A stretch of 64,000 bases of DNA from Takakia lepidozioides (lineage: Eukaryota > Plantae > Bryophyta). Each line of letters starts with the position of its first letter. Position 1 is the first letter of the stretch. Shown one piece after another: positions 34,312 to 47,205 of this stretch. Made by a program: the position numbers and the translations under genes. The notes beneath the pieces were generated by a model. That model was given only the letters and a program-made list of their open reading frames with translations, was not told where the DNA came from and searched no databases. Where the stretch lies: assembly GCA_030704615.1 (NCBI GenBank), contig CM060734.1, positions 9,672,001 through 9,736,000 of the forward strand, read 5' to 3'.

Positions 34312-35601
34312 TTTGTTTGTTTGTTTGTTTTTTGTTTTTTTTTTTGGTTTTCCGAATGTGCCAGATTAGACTGGCTGGTCTTCTGGGCTGGAATTAAGCT
34401 TCTGCCAAATTAAAATACACTTATTTAAGCTCAACAACACATACATTTTTGGGTTGTTGTTTTAATTTGTTCTGTTGGGTTGAATTCTCATGTGCCAACA
34501 CGGGCTGGGAATTAAGATGGCGTTGACGACACCTTAATCCCCAGCCCCTACACACACATGCTTACCGCTAAGGTTTTTTTTTTCCTGTGTTGAAATGTTA
34601 TGTGCCCCTGCTTGGAATTAAGGTGGAGTTGACGCCACCTTAATGCCTGCTTCCCTGCAAATGAATGCTTATGGGTAAGGTTTTTTCCTAGGGAGATATT
34701 TATTTATTTCATGGGTTCATTTGTCATGTGCTGACAGGGGCTGCGAATTAAGCTGTCGTTGACGACAGCTTAATGTCTGCTCCCCTGCGCATGCTCATCC
34801 CTTAGGATAGATGTTGTTGCAGTCATCCATGGTTTACTCATCTGGGCAATTGTTCATCCGAAACTCATCCAACGTTCATCCATTCCCTTTTACATTCATC
34901 CGTAACTTTTTCATCGCATTTTCGTGCCACATTGTCGTCATAGAGCCTGTCTGTCTTCACTCCGATGGAGACGAGATTGCGTCATTGCAGTGGAGTTTGC
35001 GTCCACAGCAATAGGCCCACTTGTTCCCTCAGTTTTAGGATCCGCATCAGTAATCTGCTCACGCATGGGAGAATCTGCTCATGCATAAGGGAATCTGCTC
35101 ACGGGTTCTGCTCACACGGTAGCTGCCCTCAGCATGAAAAACTGGGTCATATGCAGTCCCCCCCCCCCGCATTCGATCCCCTCCTCCCATCCATGGGGCG
35201 ATCCCCCGGGCCGCTCCCCCCGCGCCTCGGTTGATCCCCCGTCCAAATCGGGAAGTGATTCCCCTCTCGTCATCTGCCACTACGTGGTGGTCTCCCTTGC
35301 CGTCGATCCCCTCCTCCCATCCACGACGCGATCCCCCGAGCCGTCGCTCCCCCCTGCCTCTGTTGATCCCCTTCCACGTGTCAAGTGTCAGGGCTGTTTC
35401 CTATGTGGCTATGCTTCCGTTCATCTGTGTCGTCCTCCCCCATCCAACGGCCATGCACGTCCCCCGCCATTTTGGTCTGCGACATGAACAGAGTGGATGT
35501 ATTGAAATTTAGGGTTTCTTGCTGCTCGCAGGTTTGTTCCTCTTTGCGCGCGTGTATGCTGCACTTGCGTGTGTAGTTTGCTGTTGTGTACTGTTCCTGC
35601 A

Positions 35602-38600
35602 GGGGTGCCGGGAATCATGAGTGCATCTTCGGAGTTGCGCACGTCATTCCTTCTATCACAGCTTCGTGGCACATTGCAAATCCCCCCAGATGGTTCCTTC
35701 AACCACAGGAGCCTTATATGGACTCCAACTATTTCAAGTAGAGGTGAATACGGATATTGCGGTCATTCCTTGGACATGGATCGACGATTTTGTGAGAGGG
35801 GAGAAAGAAAGGGCAGAGGCGCCCACTCACTTCAACAGAACGGTGCCTAAAAAGGGAAAGCATGAGGAGGCGAGCTCTTAGCTCCAAGGGCCAATAGTTG
35901 CTCTGTTGTGATAAAGTCCGCCTTCTCCTTTGTGGTTTCTGGATGGTCTTAGTGTGTTCTTTGTAATGGCATGCTGCTTGTTTGCATTGTTTGCTCTTCT
36001 ATTATGTCAAAATGCATGCTCTCTTGCTCCGAGTATTCCACTCCGCCGACTTAGTTATCATCATTGTTCAAGTTCCATTGTTCTTATGGACCTGAGGACA
36101 AGCGCACAAATGTAGTACCTGCCAATAAACATTCTTTGAAGAGAAAGAACGGGAGAAGAGGGTGTGTGCTGGATGCTTCATCGCCTTCTTACAACAACCA
36201 CAAAGGGCCGAGACGGAAGAAAGTCGTTCAGGGAGAGTCCATCAAGAGGGGTTGTCTCTGTCAATTTAGGATAGGTTGATGCTACCTGGATCCTTCTCTT
36301 GTTGTCATAACATACTACAACAAAAACCATGTGACAAGGTCTGCCATGGTCACATTGACCCGAGTTCAACTAACACCCGTTTCGCGCATGCACCTCACCT
36401 TAGTGAAGAGGTTAAGATGTGGATAACGGATAGCATATGTGCTGGTTTGTCGCCTATTGAAATAATGGCCCAACATAAACAACAGGTATTTGACAACAAG
36501 GTCAATGGAGAGAAGTGGTGTTGTGATGATGTTGTGCTTGAGCATGACATTATAAACATCATGGATAAGCTTGCATGTGTTAGTTTCAAGCGGCATAAGG
36601 ACGAGGGGACCAGTCTGAAGATGTGGGAAGGAGGCCCAGCCCCAGAGTGTTTTCTTCTATCAAGAGGACATGCCCGATGCCCCTGCTGGAGGAATATGGC
36701 GCGGCAATGTCGACCTCAAATTTGCCATTGGCATTCAAACAGAATTTCAGAAAAAAATAATGCTCGAAATGGGTGATAAACGAATCGTCTCTTGTGATAC
36801 GACCTTCAGAACCAATGAACACAAGGTGTGTGGAATCGACGGCGTGGACTCCTGGGAGCATGAGAGCATAGCATCTTTCACTGTGAAGGGGATCATTGGG
36901 GAGCATGGGCACAAGGGGAGCATAGCATGATCTGATGTGTAGGGGATCACGACACTGGGTCATCACCACGGACCTATTAATCCCCCTATCGGATTGGACA
37001 GCACGGCAGCCTCAGCCCATTAGGGGACCAGACACATGGGCCAAACTCCATTCTGTATACTGCTCTATACATGTTGGGACCATTTTGGGACCATGACGTG
37101 TACTTATGTGATTCGTAGTGAGGGGTGCGCCAACAGGATGGAAGACAACTTAGCATATGCATGCCTTGGAGGGTTATAGAGAGGAGTGATAGACGGATGG
37201 TCTCGTTCAAGGGGATCATGGCATAGCCCACAGGGGGGATCACATAATACTAAAATGAGAACAGAAGGGGTTATGGGGTTCAGGGTTGACCTCCTGTGGT
37301 TTCTTGTCATTAATTTCAGTAAAATGTTTCGCATATTTTCAAAACAAAAGTACTTACATTGCACATTTCGTCTTTGTGTGCAGTATGCCATGTATACTCT
37401 TATGGTCTTCGACATTTGGCTGAACAGCACCCCTGTTGCATACATAACATCTTCAATAAATAATGCCAACGATTTGTCAAGTTGGATGTTGGCTCTTCGT
37501 CAAAGGCTCCATGCCGATCAGCCGGATTGGCGTCCCAACGCATTCATTAATGTGGACGATGCCGATGCTGAGATTAACGCCATTCGGTTTGTTGACACTC
37601 CCTCCCCGTTACCAATGAACTTCCATTGTCTTGCCTGCTTCTGCATGAGGGGATCACTGAGAGGGGACCAGTCACAATGTTTCCTTGTTTGGGGACAGGA
37701 GGCTCGGGGGATCTAGTGATCTTCTTTGATGCACATGATCACTCATCCCAGGATCACATGTGTAGCAGTGTGGTATTGCCTTACCTGCTACTGCATGGGG
37801 GGATCAGTGAAAGGGGATCAATTAGAAGGTTTGGTCGGAAGGGATCAGTGATCAGGGGACCAGTAGGGTCAGGGTATCTTATGGCCTTTGAAGCAGGGGA
37901 TCACTCATCCCAAGATCAAACTTGTAGCAGTCTAGGGTTGCATGGGGGGATCAATGAAAGGGGATCAATTATGGGATCAGTGATCAGGGGACCAGTCCAG
38001 ACTCAAGGTATCAGGGGATCAGGAATAGCAGATCTTAGATCCGACAATGAGACTTGTATCAGTCTTTTACTGGCCTTCGCAAGACTCATGCATTCCTCTA
38101 GACCTCTTTGCCCAGTTCCAGGGCTGCCAGGCTCGCATTTGGCATACATGTCCACCAGGGCAGTGCTCAAAATGATATATGATACAATTCTAGCTTTGAT
38201 GATATCGGTGCCATGGACCTCTACGCCCTTTTCCAGGCTGTTAGGCTCGCATTTATACCGCAGCAGAGCAGGCAGAGATTGAAATACGACCTGCTAAGAC
38301 CAAGCTGAATCTCCCAAGAACCTTGTAAACATCAGGAAGAATACCAAATGATGCCCTGCGGTCGACCATCCACCCACGCACGCGGGATAGGATGGGAGAG
38401 GAGGGAAAAGAGAAAGCCCACGGGAGGGAAGGAGACAGATCGTGGGGAGAAGAAAAAAAAATAACGAAACAAAATGATGCATCGCGATGTAAAATGATTT
38501 GATCCCGCGATGCATCGCGGCCTAACCGCCGTCCTTACCACTAGACTACCCCTAAAATTCAACAACCCCCTCCTGTACTTTTATATTTAAGGTGTTTTAA

Positions 38601-40060
38601 ACCCCCCTATGTATGTATAATGTTGTACATGGGGGGGTTAAAAATACCCCCTCCTGTGCACGCACGTGGCTGGTACAGGTCGGCTGGAGTGCACCCCCTA
38701 GGCATGTATTGCACTTTCATTGCCTTTATTGGTTCTGTATGAGGGGTTCAGTCAAAGAAGATCAGGGGATCAGGAGCAGGGGAACACTTATCAGAGAATC
38801 ATACTTGTATCAGATTTGTAGTGGTATTCTTTTGCTATTCTAGTGGCCTTGCTAATGCGATTTTGTGGATGGTTCATACGTTCCCAGGGGTGCCGGTTTT
38901 CCTGTGCCTTTGGCACGTTCGAAGGGCCTGGCTGAGGAATGCCATTGAGAAGATCAAGGATGCCCAATTAAGGGTCGATGTCTTGCAAGGTATGGGGGAC
39001 ATCATGTACAATAAAGGTGGTCCTATTGGTGACTTTCGCAAGCATGGGCTGTGTTTCAATTGTATGACTTACAAACAAAGTATCCCGCAGCTGAACTGTT
39101 CTTCTTGTATATCCACAAATGGTGGATCCCGAAAGTGGACATGTGGGTTGTTGGAGCTCGAAATATCCCACATGCCGGAAAAGATACGAATGCTGGAATT
39201 GAAGCGTACCATGCCAACCTGAAGAGGCGCTTGTCCCAAACAAGACAGAAGATGGATGGGCGTCGACTGGATTGGTTGGTCTACATCATAACAGGTAGCC
39301 TCCTCACACATTATTGGTACATTTCGACCTTGAAAGTTGAAGGTTTCATTCGCAACTCTAGGATGGAACATTTCGTGCAAAATGTGGTGTGGATGGCTAG
39401 GCAGATACCGGATTCCAACGTGGAATTGCCCGAGCACACATGGGATCCTGCGAAGGTAAAAAACATGTCTTCTCCAGGCACTGTATGTACACTATATGCA
39501 ATCCAGCATCCGAGTGGGCTTGTTGTGACTGCCCTAACGCCATGGAAGGGAACCTATGCAAGCACCAAGTGAAGGTGTTCAAGATGTTGCGGCCACATGT
39601 ACCAGAGGGTTTAATTGTCCAAACTTGTGGAACAAGCCTTTGGGACAGTGAATGGGGGCATGGCCAAGCTGCTGGACCTTGATCCCCTATCTGCTACGGA
39701 GCCCCCGTGTGACACAGATCCCATGTGTGGCATTGATCCCCCCGTAGCAGACACGGTTCCGGTTGGCAATGTCTTGGGCAAGCAGCAGCCCACCATGAAT
39801 CGGAGGCAAGTGTCATGAAGGCCATTGCAAATGAGATATTCGGTTTGCAAATATGTGTCAAAGGTAACATAGCCCTTCAAAACCATCTTTTGAGTGACCT
39901 TCGTGTGACGAGAGGAAAGCTAGCGCAAATGCCACATGCATGGCTGCAGGTCTTCTCCACCCACATGTTATTAGAAGGTTTCAACGTGTTCAGGATGGAT
40001 CGGGAATGAGTTTGAAGAGAAGAAAGAATTGGGTAGAGGTTTCTATGTCACAGAAATCAA
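35602..40060 (+). pseudogene. MULE-type transposase with C-terminal SWIM zinc finger, At1g60560/At4g13970-like; many frameshifts, with introns
   Basis: Ordered motifs AVIPWTWIDDFVRGE, FHCSYGPED, SIKRGCLCQF, CHGHID, FAIGIQTEFQ...VSCDTTF, YTLMVFD...PVAYI, WRPNAFINVDDADAEINAIR, VFLCLWHVRRAWLRN, WIPKVDMW, TNAGIEAYHANLK, RRLDWLVY and NPASEWACCDCPNAMEGNLCKHQVKV (SWIM). Confidence 0.88.
38101..38251 (-). pseudogene. PLS-class PPR fragment inside a transposase intron
   Basis: The minus strand reads LEKGVEVHGTDIIKARIVSYIILSTALVDMYAKC, followed by a second CTGGCAGCCCTGGAACTGGGCAAAGAGGTC (LAALELGKEV). Confidence 0.8.
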
Positions 40061-40874
40061 GACGTCTTGGATCGAAAAGAGTCTCAGCAATCCCTCCATC
40101 CTCGTCTATTTTGCATGCACTTCGTCAAGTTGGGCGTCCAAGATTGAAGGGTTGAGAGCAAGCAGGTTTATGCTCTCGTGCTCCATTCATAGCTTTCAGA
40201 TTGCTGATTTCCCTGGGATTGCATTGTCATCCAAACAATTGCTAGATCAAACAATTTCTAATAATTCAAATGACTGTCGCTATGTTCAGTGACCCATGTG
40301 TTGTGTGATTGAGAATGGAATGAAAGAGATGTGGATGATCATCCACCTTTTATTGCAATTGAGTCTGTATGGATGCATTTGCAGTGATGTGCAAAATACA
40401 AATTACCGTGCACTATTAAGTTTAGCCTTTAAATTCACACTGGTCAATTCCAATACTTCAAAACGGTTGCCGGCCGTTCCTACTGTGTTTGCTGCCACCA
40501 CTGCAAATGGGTTTGTGGACTACCCCCCTCCTCCCATCATGTCCCTCTTCGTGCAGTGCTTCCTCTGCTCCCCTAAGCCTACAGAGGTTCCCTGATCCCC
40601 CTGATCCCCCTTATCATCACACCTAGCCTCCTGATACCCCTGCCTTCCCACGTTGTGCTCAGCTCCCCATGATCCCCTTCCCATTCAGTGAGCGGAAGTT
40701 TGTGGGCACTGGGTCATCTTCCGACTCTGGGCTCTCGGCCATTGTCGGGCAAATTTCTGATTTTGCTTTGGAGTTTATTTTCAGTTTTTGTTGCATGCTT
40801 ATGCACCACTCATACATGCGAGGGACGTGACCTTTCAGAACTTGCCCCTTCACACGTGACCTTTCACCCGTGAT

Positions 40875-41365
40875 GACCCGATCCTCCTAGTTCCTTGATC
40901 ACCTGATCCCCTCGTTCGATCCCCTCGTTCCCTCATGATCCCTCCATCCCTCCATCCCTTATGTTCCTGATCCCCTCACCCCATGATCCGCAGATGCCCC
41001 AGTTCCCTGATCCCTTGATCCCCCGGCCCGCTCCCGTCGTTCCCTGATCCCCTGATCTCCCGGCCCGCTCCCGTCGTTCCCTGATCCCTTGATCTCCCGG
41101 CCCGTTCCTGTCGTTCCCTGATCCCCCGGCCCGTCCCCGTGGTTCCCTGATCCCCATGAACGCCTTGTACAATCCCTTCTCTTCTTCATCCCGTGATCCC
41201 CCGATCCCCCGATCCACTTGAATGCCTTGTACGTTCCCTTATCTCCCTGATCCCCTGGCTAAGTGATCCCTTGAGGCACCGATCCCCTGGTTCCATGACC
41301 CCCTCATCTCGTTGATCCCCTAGTTCTCTGATCCCTCCCGGATCCCCTCACCTCTGATCCCCTTC
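40875..41365. repeat. GATCCC-rich low-complexity array including ~36-bp tandem units
   Basis: CCGGCCCGCTCCCGTCGTTCCCTGATCCCYTGATCT is repeated at ~41023-41150, with numerous GATCCC motifs around it. Confidence 0.9.
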
Positions 41366-41499
41366 ACATGACAGTGGACGCCAATGAAGGCACAAAAGGA
41401 TTACAAAGAACTGGACAAGCTTCATTTTTTTTTCATTTGGAATGGAGATACAATAGTTAGATCCGAGGCATCCGAGGCATGCACATGCAACAGTCTACG

Positions 41500-44280
41500 C
41501 TACAATTTAGCATCATCCAAATTATCCACTATGCATCCCCAAAGAAAATCTTGCTTTGATACTGCATATTCACGTGTGAACCAATCTGCTGTAAAGGTTG
41601 CCCCGCATTTCTTTGTGATTTTTGTCTCCAAGTATTTCTCTATGTAAGTCATTACAAAGTAGCCACACTCCCAGCCGCTTGGTTGATGTGGCACCTCAGG
41701 TTCAAGCCACTCCCATGCCATTATTTCCTTCCAAAGTACTGAGTCCGGTTCAGCTTTGTGTAGGTATGCTCTAAATGTGCGAAGACGCTTTTCAAAGGCA
41801 TTTCGGCTATGGGATCTCAATGCTGTCATGGAATTCAGATGAACAAACTTGGTCTTATCAAAAACCATCAAACTCCAATGGCCCCTGCAGAAACGCACAT
41901 GTGTTTGAGGCCAGATAGTACTATTGCTTTGCATTCTCGACACCAAATCGAAATCGGACAAAACGGGAATTTTTTTTTTGGGTGCGGGGGGGGGGGGGAT
42001 TGATGGACGTACCCAGTGCACAAAGGAATGAACCATGTCTGAACCTTACCTGGTCCCTAGCCACTTCTTAGCCACCCAATCAACTACAAGACCTTTGCAA
42101 ACCTCATGAAGGTCGTCCTTGGCAGCCTCCAGAGCCGACCATATTAGTGTGTCCATCACAACCCACCAACAACGATGACTCTCCTCCTGGGATAGCTGCA
42201 AAATATTCGCATACAAATATACCCCTCCATCCCCCGCTTCCCCATACAATTTTGACAACCGGAGGTAATCCCACGAACCCAAAATGGACTCATGTGGGGT
42301 GCATTTGAAAAAAAATAAATGAGCCCATGTCCTCTGGCAGCTTTTCCCTCAGTCTATTCTGGTTTTTGCATTTAATAGAAGTTAATGAAGTCAGAAAGGT
42401 GGGCAATTAAATCCCAGGCAATTTTTCAAGCAACCATGTCATCCCCCTATCATGCGTATAAGCCCTGCTGAATGTACTCACCATGAATTTGGTCCCCCCT
42501 TGGTCATTGGAAGCCCTGGCCCACTTACTTAGTGAGTTCTGGCCGACCTCTGTCCGGTCTGCTCCCCCTTGTCTTTCATCTGTTCCTTGTCCTTCCTCTT
42601 CTCCTTGTTTCTTTGTGATCCCCCTGCTATTTCCCCTGCAGGTGCAATTGCCGTCCACAACTTTTTGCAGCCCCACCGTGTTCGACCTGCAACTGGGCTA
42701 GATGATGGTTTGTCGGAGCTCAAAACCAACTATTGGGGGATTGGAGCAGAAACCGTAGGCTCAGGCACGTTCAGACCCATGGTGAATGTGGGGCTAGGGG
42801 TGTGCCCCAATTCAATATTCCAAGTCGGCTTGGAAGAGGGCTGGACTGAGCACTCCGGGGGCTGGAATGCGTGTTCTGCTATGGGGGAAACCAGGCTGTC
42901 TTCGAGTGCGGATAACAGCGGGACGGCTTGTGGATGACATGGGGGTGGACCTGGGAAAACAGACATGGGCGGAATAAACCCCTGCGTTGTTAGTTCGGTG
43001 TTCTTCCTGGCAATGACTCGCGTTTCGGGGTCACCACAGTTGAAATAACCTCAGCATGTATTGCCACCGACAGAGGGCTGGAAACAGGATGAGTTGAAAG
43101 AGGTGATGGGGGAGTAGAGAGGGGGGGAGCAGAGAGAGACACGGCAACCTGCGACAGAGCATACACATGGGGGGAGCAGGCATGGAATCGGGGACAACGG
43201 TGGGGGATGACACCTCGGATAATGGAGCAGTCCGGGGGGGGACCAGAGGGAGTCACAATAGCATGCGAGAGAGCAGACAGATCTGGGGAAGAAAAGAGTT
43301 CAAGAGCAGACAGGGGGGGACTAGGAACATACACAGAACCATGCAATAGAGCTCCGACCTCTGGGGGACCACAAAATAATCAGGAGCAGAAGTGGGGGAT
43401 AATGGGGGAGCAGACAGGGGGGGACCAGGGTGACACACAGAGGCATGCAAGATAGAATACAGATGTGGGGGAGCAGACAGGAAATCAGGAGTAGAGGTGG
43501 GGGATGCCTCGGCTACAAGGAGAGCATATAGGGGGGGGACCAGTGGCAGACACAAAAGCACCAGATGAAGGGGGACCAAAAAAAGAAAAGTCTTGCGAGG
43601 AGGGAAATGAGACAGATGGGATAGCATTCGGAGGATAGCCACTGTGGGGAAGCGGATAATGGAAGAGGAGCAGAGGCGGGGGAATCACATGGTGGGGCAG
43701 CAGAGACAGAGAGGGCAGCAGACACAGACAGGGGGGCACAGAGGAGGGTAGCTCCTTGAGAGGGATCAGAGATTGGAAGGGGAGCAGCGGCGGGGAGATC
43801 ACATGATGGGGCAGCAGAGATAGAGAAGGGAGTGGAGACGAGGGTAGCTCCTTGAGAGGGATCAGAGAATGGAAGGGGAGCAGAGGCGGGGGGGTCACAT
43901 GATGGGGCAACAGAGAAAGATAGGGCAACTTCCGCAATGGGCGTGTAGAAATCTGCTGTCGGAGATGCCACTTGATCCCTCTCTGTATCCGTCGCTTCGT
44001 GGCGTTCAGGCAGAGAGGGTGTTGGCGACGTCATCTACGACGCAAAGAGGGACAACTGCGACAAATTGAAGGCGTCAACATCAATGTGGGAAAGATGAGG
44101 GGCATATGGTAACACTCGTCGGTCATGTAGTTCCTGTCTTCTCGCCAACAACACCTTGTTTGCTTGCAAGACATCGTCCATGGCATTTTGAACTCCAACA
44201 TCACGAATTTCCAGCGACCATGTGTGAAGAGTTGAAAAAAACCCTTGAAAACAAACAACCAAACAACCTTGCTTCATATA
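41500..44280 (-). pseudogene. Ulp1/peptidase C48-like SUMO protease with a long Pro/Ser-rich N-terminal region, degenerate
   Basis: GHWSLMVFD (His), HLNSM, and VPHQPSGWECGYFVMTYIE (Gln/Cys) in 41500-41885; upstream exon-like ORF at 42048-42282; repetitive Pro-rich ORFs at 42500-44280. Confidence 0.78.
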
Positions 44281-45481
44281 TTGAAAAAATCAATTATTTC
44301 CAGGGCGTCGCATGCAATGACTTGGCCAAACTGGCAGTCCCTCGGTCGCATTGCGACGCCCGAGGCATCATTTTCAAAGCAACGGTTTATACAGCGACGC
44401 TTTTGCCCCCAAGACTGACATTGCGACGTCTCATGCGTCGCAGATATGGACTTAGCCAAAATGGCAGTCAAAGGGATTGCAATACGACGCTCGAGGCGTC
44501 GTTCCCATTGCGACGACAGCGGCGTTGCTGCATAACAACGACGTTTTTTCCCCAAGACTGACCCTACGACGCCCCAGACGTCACAGATATGGACTTCGTC
44601 AAAATGACAGCCACGAGCGTCGTTCTGCGACGCTCGTGGCGTCGCAAAATGTGCGACGACAGAGGCATCGCTATATAATTATGACGTTTTTGCCCTCCAA
44701 GACTGAACTTGCGACGCCCTGAGCGTCGCAGCTAGGGACTTGGCCAAATTGGTTGTCCCTATGCCGCCTTGCTACACGTCAGGCGTCGCAAGAATCCGCT
44801 GTGACGCTCCTGGCGTCGCAAAAACCACCGCGGTCCTGCAAAAATGGGGGGAGGGGGTTTAGCAACGCCCAACCCCCCGCGCCCCATTTCCGGTGCGACG
44901 CCATTGGGGGTAGTCCATAAAGTTCTCGGAGACCCCTTAGCCTCTCTACCCACACCCGGCCAAGCTCACCACTTCACCGACCGTAACTAACTGCCTTCAC
45001 CCCCACCTCCACATGCCCACATGCATCCCTAGTTATCATTCCTGACGTGAAGTGGCGCTGATACGTCGGCCGTCATGTCCGACGTGCGTCACGTCACGTC
45101 ACGTCGAATCCGTTTACCCATATAATTTTTATTTATTTGTCTTTTATGATTTACTTCTACCTTTTCTAATGACATGGCAGCCACGGTGTAAAACAGACGT
45201 GGCCAATTATTAATATTTATTAATTTATTTTAAAAAATATGTCCGCCTATATTGGCGGTCGCTTATAATTTATTATTTTTTAAATCAAGCGACCGCCAGT
45301 CGCTAATTTAATATTTTGTTAAATTAAGCAACCGCCTATATTGGCGGTCGCCGGTAATCTATTAATTTAGGGTGGAAAAAAATGCAAAATTTTAAAAATA
45401 TAGCCTGGTATAACTATACCTTGGTACGCATGTGATATGGAAAAAATACATAGAGTGACCCCCGTGAGAAACTTGTCACCA

Positions 45482-46429
45482 TTAACACAAACTGGGGAGT
45501 AGAGAAGAGTAGGTATAGAGGGGCATAAGTACACCTGATGTGATGGGTACAAAGGAGGTTGTACATACTTCAGAGATAGAGGCAGGTTTGCAAGTATGAG
45601 CAGAGTAGATGGTGGTGGCACTTGAGAAAGATCCATCGTCGTGGGGATAAGAGTTGTGCCGACCTTCATCGCCGTGGATCATAGCTTGATAACCCCAGCA
45701 GGGTAGCGCCTTGAAGTTGACTGACTGCTGTTGCCGTAAAATGGACAATACACCTATAAGGGGTCGCTTAGTCCCAAGAAGACCTCCACGAGAGCCGTGG
45801 GGGCCGGGGTACTTTGTCTGTCGATTGAATAGCCATGTCGTGGAATGCAAACATCCACTGACTTGAGAACTCCAGCAGACTAATAAGGGAACCGTGCTTG
45901 TCAGTTTGAAGTAGATCAGTCTTGCAAACATCCCGGAGGGGGGTACCTGGTAACAATGTATCGACCTCCTGCTTGAGTACGCATCTTTAACGTGTTGCAC
46001 CGTACCAAGAGAGGCAACATGATTTGCAAACTCAGTAGAGTGGTAGAACTGCTGTTGGCCATGCCCGATGGCATATTGTTTAGAGAGGCCTGTGCGATAA
46101 AGAAGCTTGAGTAAGGGCTCATGGGCCCAGTGCGGACGATAACCCTGCGGTGAAGAGCTTAAAACATGCGTAACAGAATGGGGAAGGGAAATAGGGTGGG
46201 GCCACAACCAGATGAGGTGATACATAGTGTGTAACGAGAGGAATAGGCGGGTAGGAGAGCTATGGCGGCAGACCTCGCTAAACTCGATAGTCTTGACTTC
46301 AGTGGCAAAACCGCTAGCAGAGGCGTGAGAACTAGTGGAGATAAGAAGAAGGTTTAGCAGAAGTGCTAGATTGGTGGATAGCTGGAAGTTTAGCCGAGAG
46401 GCTGGGGGGAGGGCGGCGCTCCGCCCTCC
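45482..46429 (-). other. Possible spliced gene or gene fragment with a signal-peptide-like start; product unknown
   Basis: MGGRSAALPP...LALLLNLLLISTSSHASASGFATEVKTIEFSE, with plausible GT-AG introns at ~46273-46146 and ~45946-45822. Flanked by AT-rich repeat DNA. Confidence 0.3.
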
Positions 46430-47205
46430 CATCGCAAGGACCTGTCGCTTCTTCACAAGGTACCCCGGAAACAGAACATCTGTTTCTGGACACAGATAGT
46501 ATGATCCAGAAATACAACATTGTGAGGTCCAGTAAGATGCTAACAATCCGACTCAGCCCATACTTTGACTTCCCAAATATCCGTGGGTGATGCTGCAACT
46601 GCAGTAGCAACAATCACACTAAATGAAGGATATTCCTCTCTCAAAGACGTGACTTACAAGACCAGAAAAAATGCACCAAACTAGCTTGAAAAGGTCCACA
46701 GCTAAATGGAACTGAGAATGCACCACAAAATCAAAATGACCACCGCACAACTGGTAACAATGACCACATGTTGGGAGAGGTCTTAGTCAACACACCTAGA
46801 TCTCTGAAATGGCAGCGCCCTCCATGGCTGCAAGGGTAGGAATGAAGCGATGCATTTCACCATACAAGCGAAGATTTGATACCAATGAGGGCTGCAGCCA
46901 TAGTCATGCAGTTTAACTTGCATCCATCCCACTACCATGGGATTTGTTATCAACCATTTCTATAAAAATCAAGACGGGATATGAGAGAGGTGGTTGGGAT
47001 TACAATCCGACAATAAACATAAGGGGCAGCAACTGGTACCATGCGGAGGCAAGGCCTGGATATATCTGGATGGGACCAGCGCTCAAGGCTCTCCAAATTC
47101 AAGGCATACCACGATTTGTTTCCTACTTGAGTTCATGTCATCCAATTTTGTCATTGTGAAAAAAAAATCCTCTCATGGATGAACGGCTATTGCGCCCATT
47201 GAACC

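Larger units (their letters stand above)
30490..44917. mobile_element. Large Mutator-like (MULE) element or nested MULE complex carrying a SWIM transposase and a Ulp1 protease; boundaries approximate
   Basis: Convergent transposase (+) and C48 protease (-) pseudogenes, GATCCCC-rich non-coding DNA shared across the span, and dense GCGACG/CGTCGC subterminal repeats at 44320-44910. No clean TIR pair or TSD was found. Confidence 0.65.

Noticed and set aside
38540-38702. Helitron 3' end (hairpin + CTAG)
   Set aside because: The hairpin is weak, CTAG is followed by G rather than T, and the downstream sequence resembles the MULE intron repeats.
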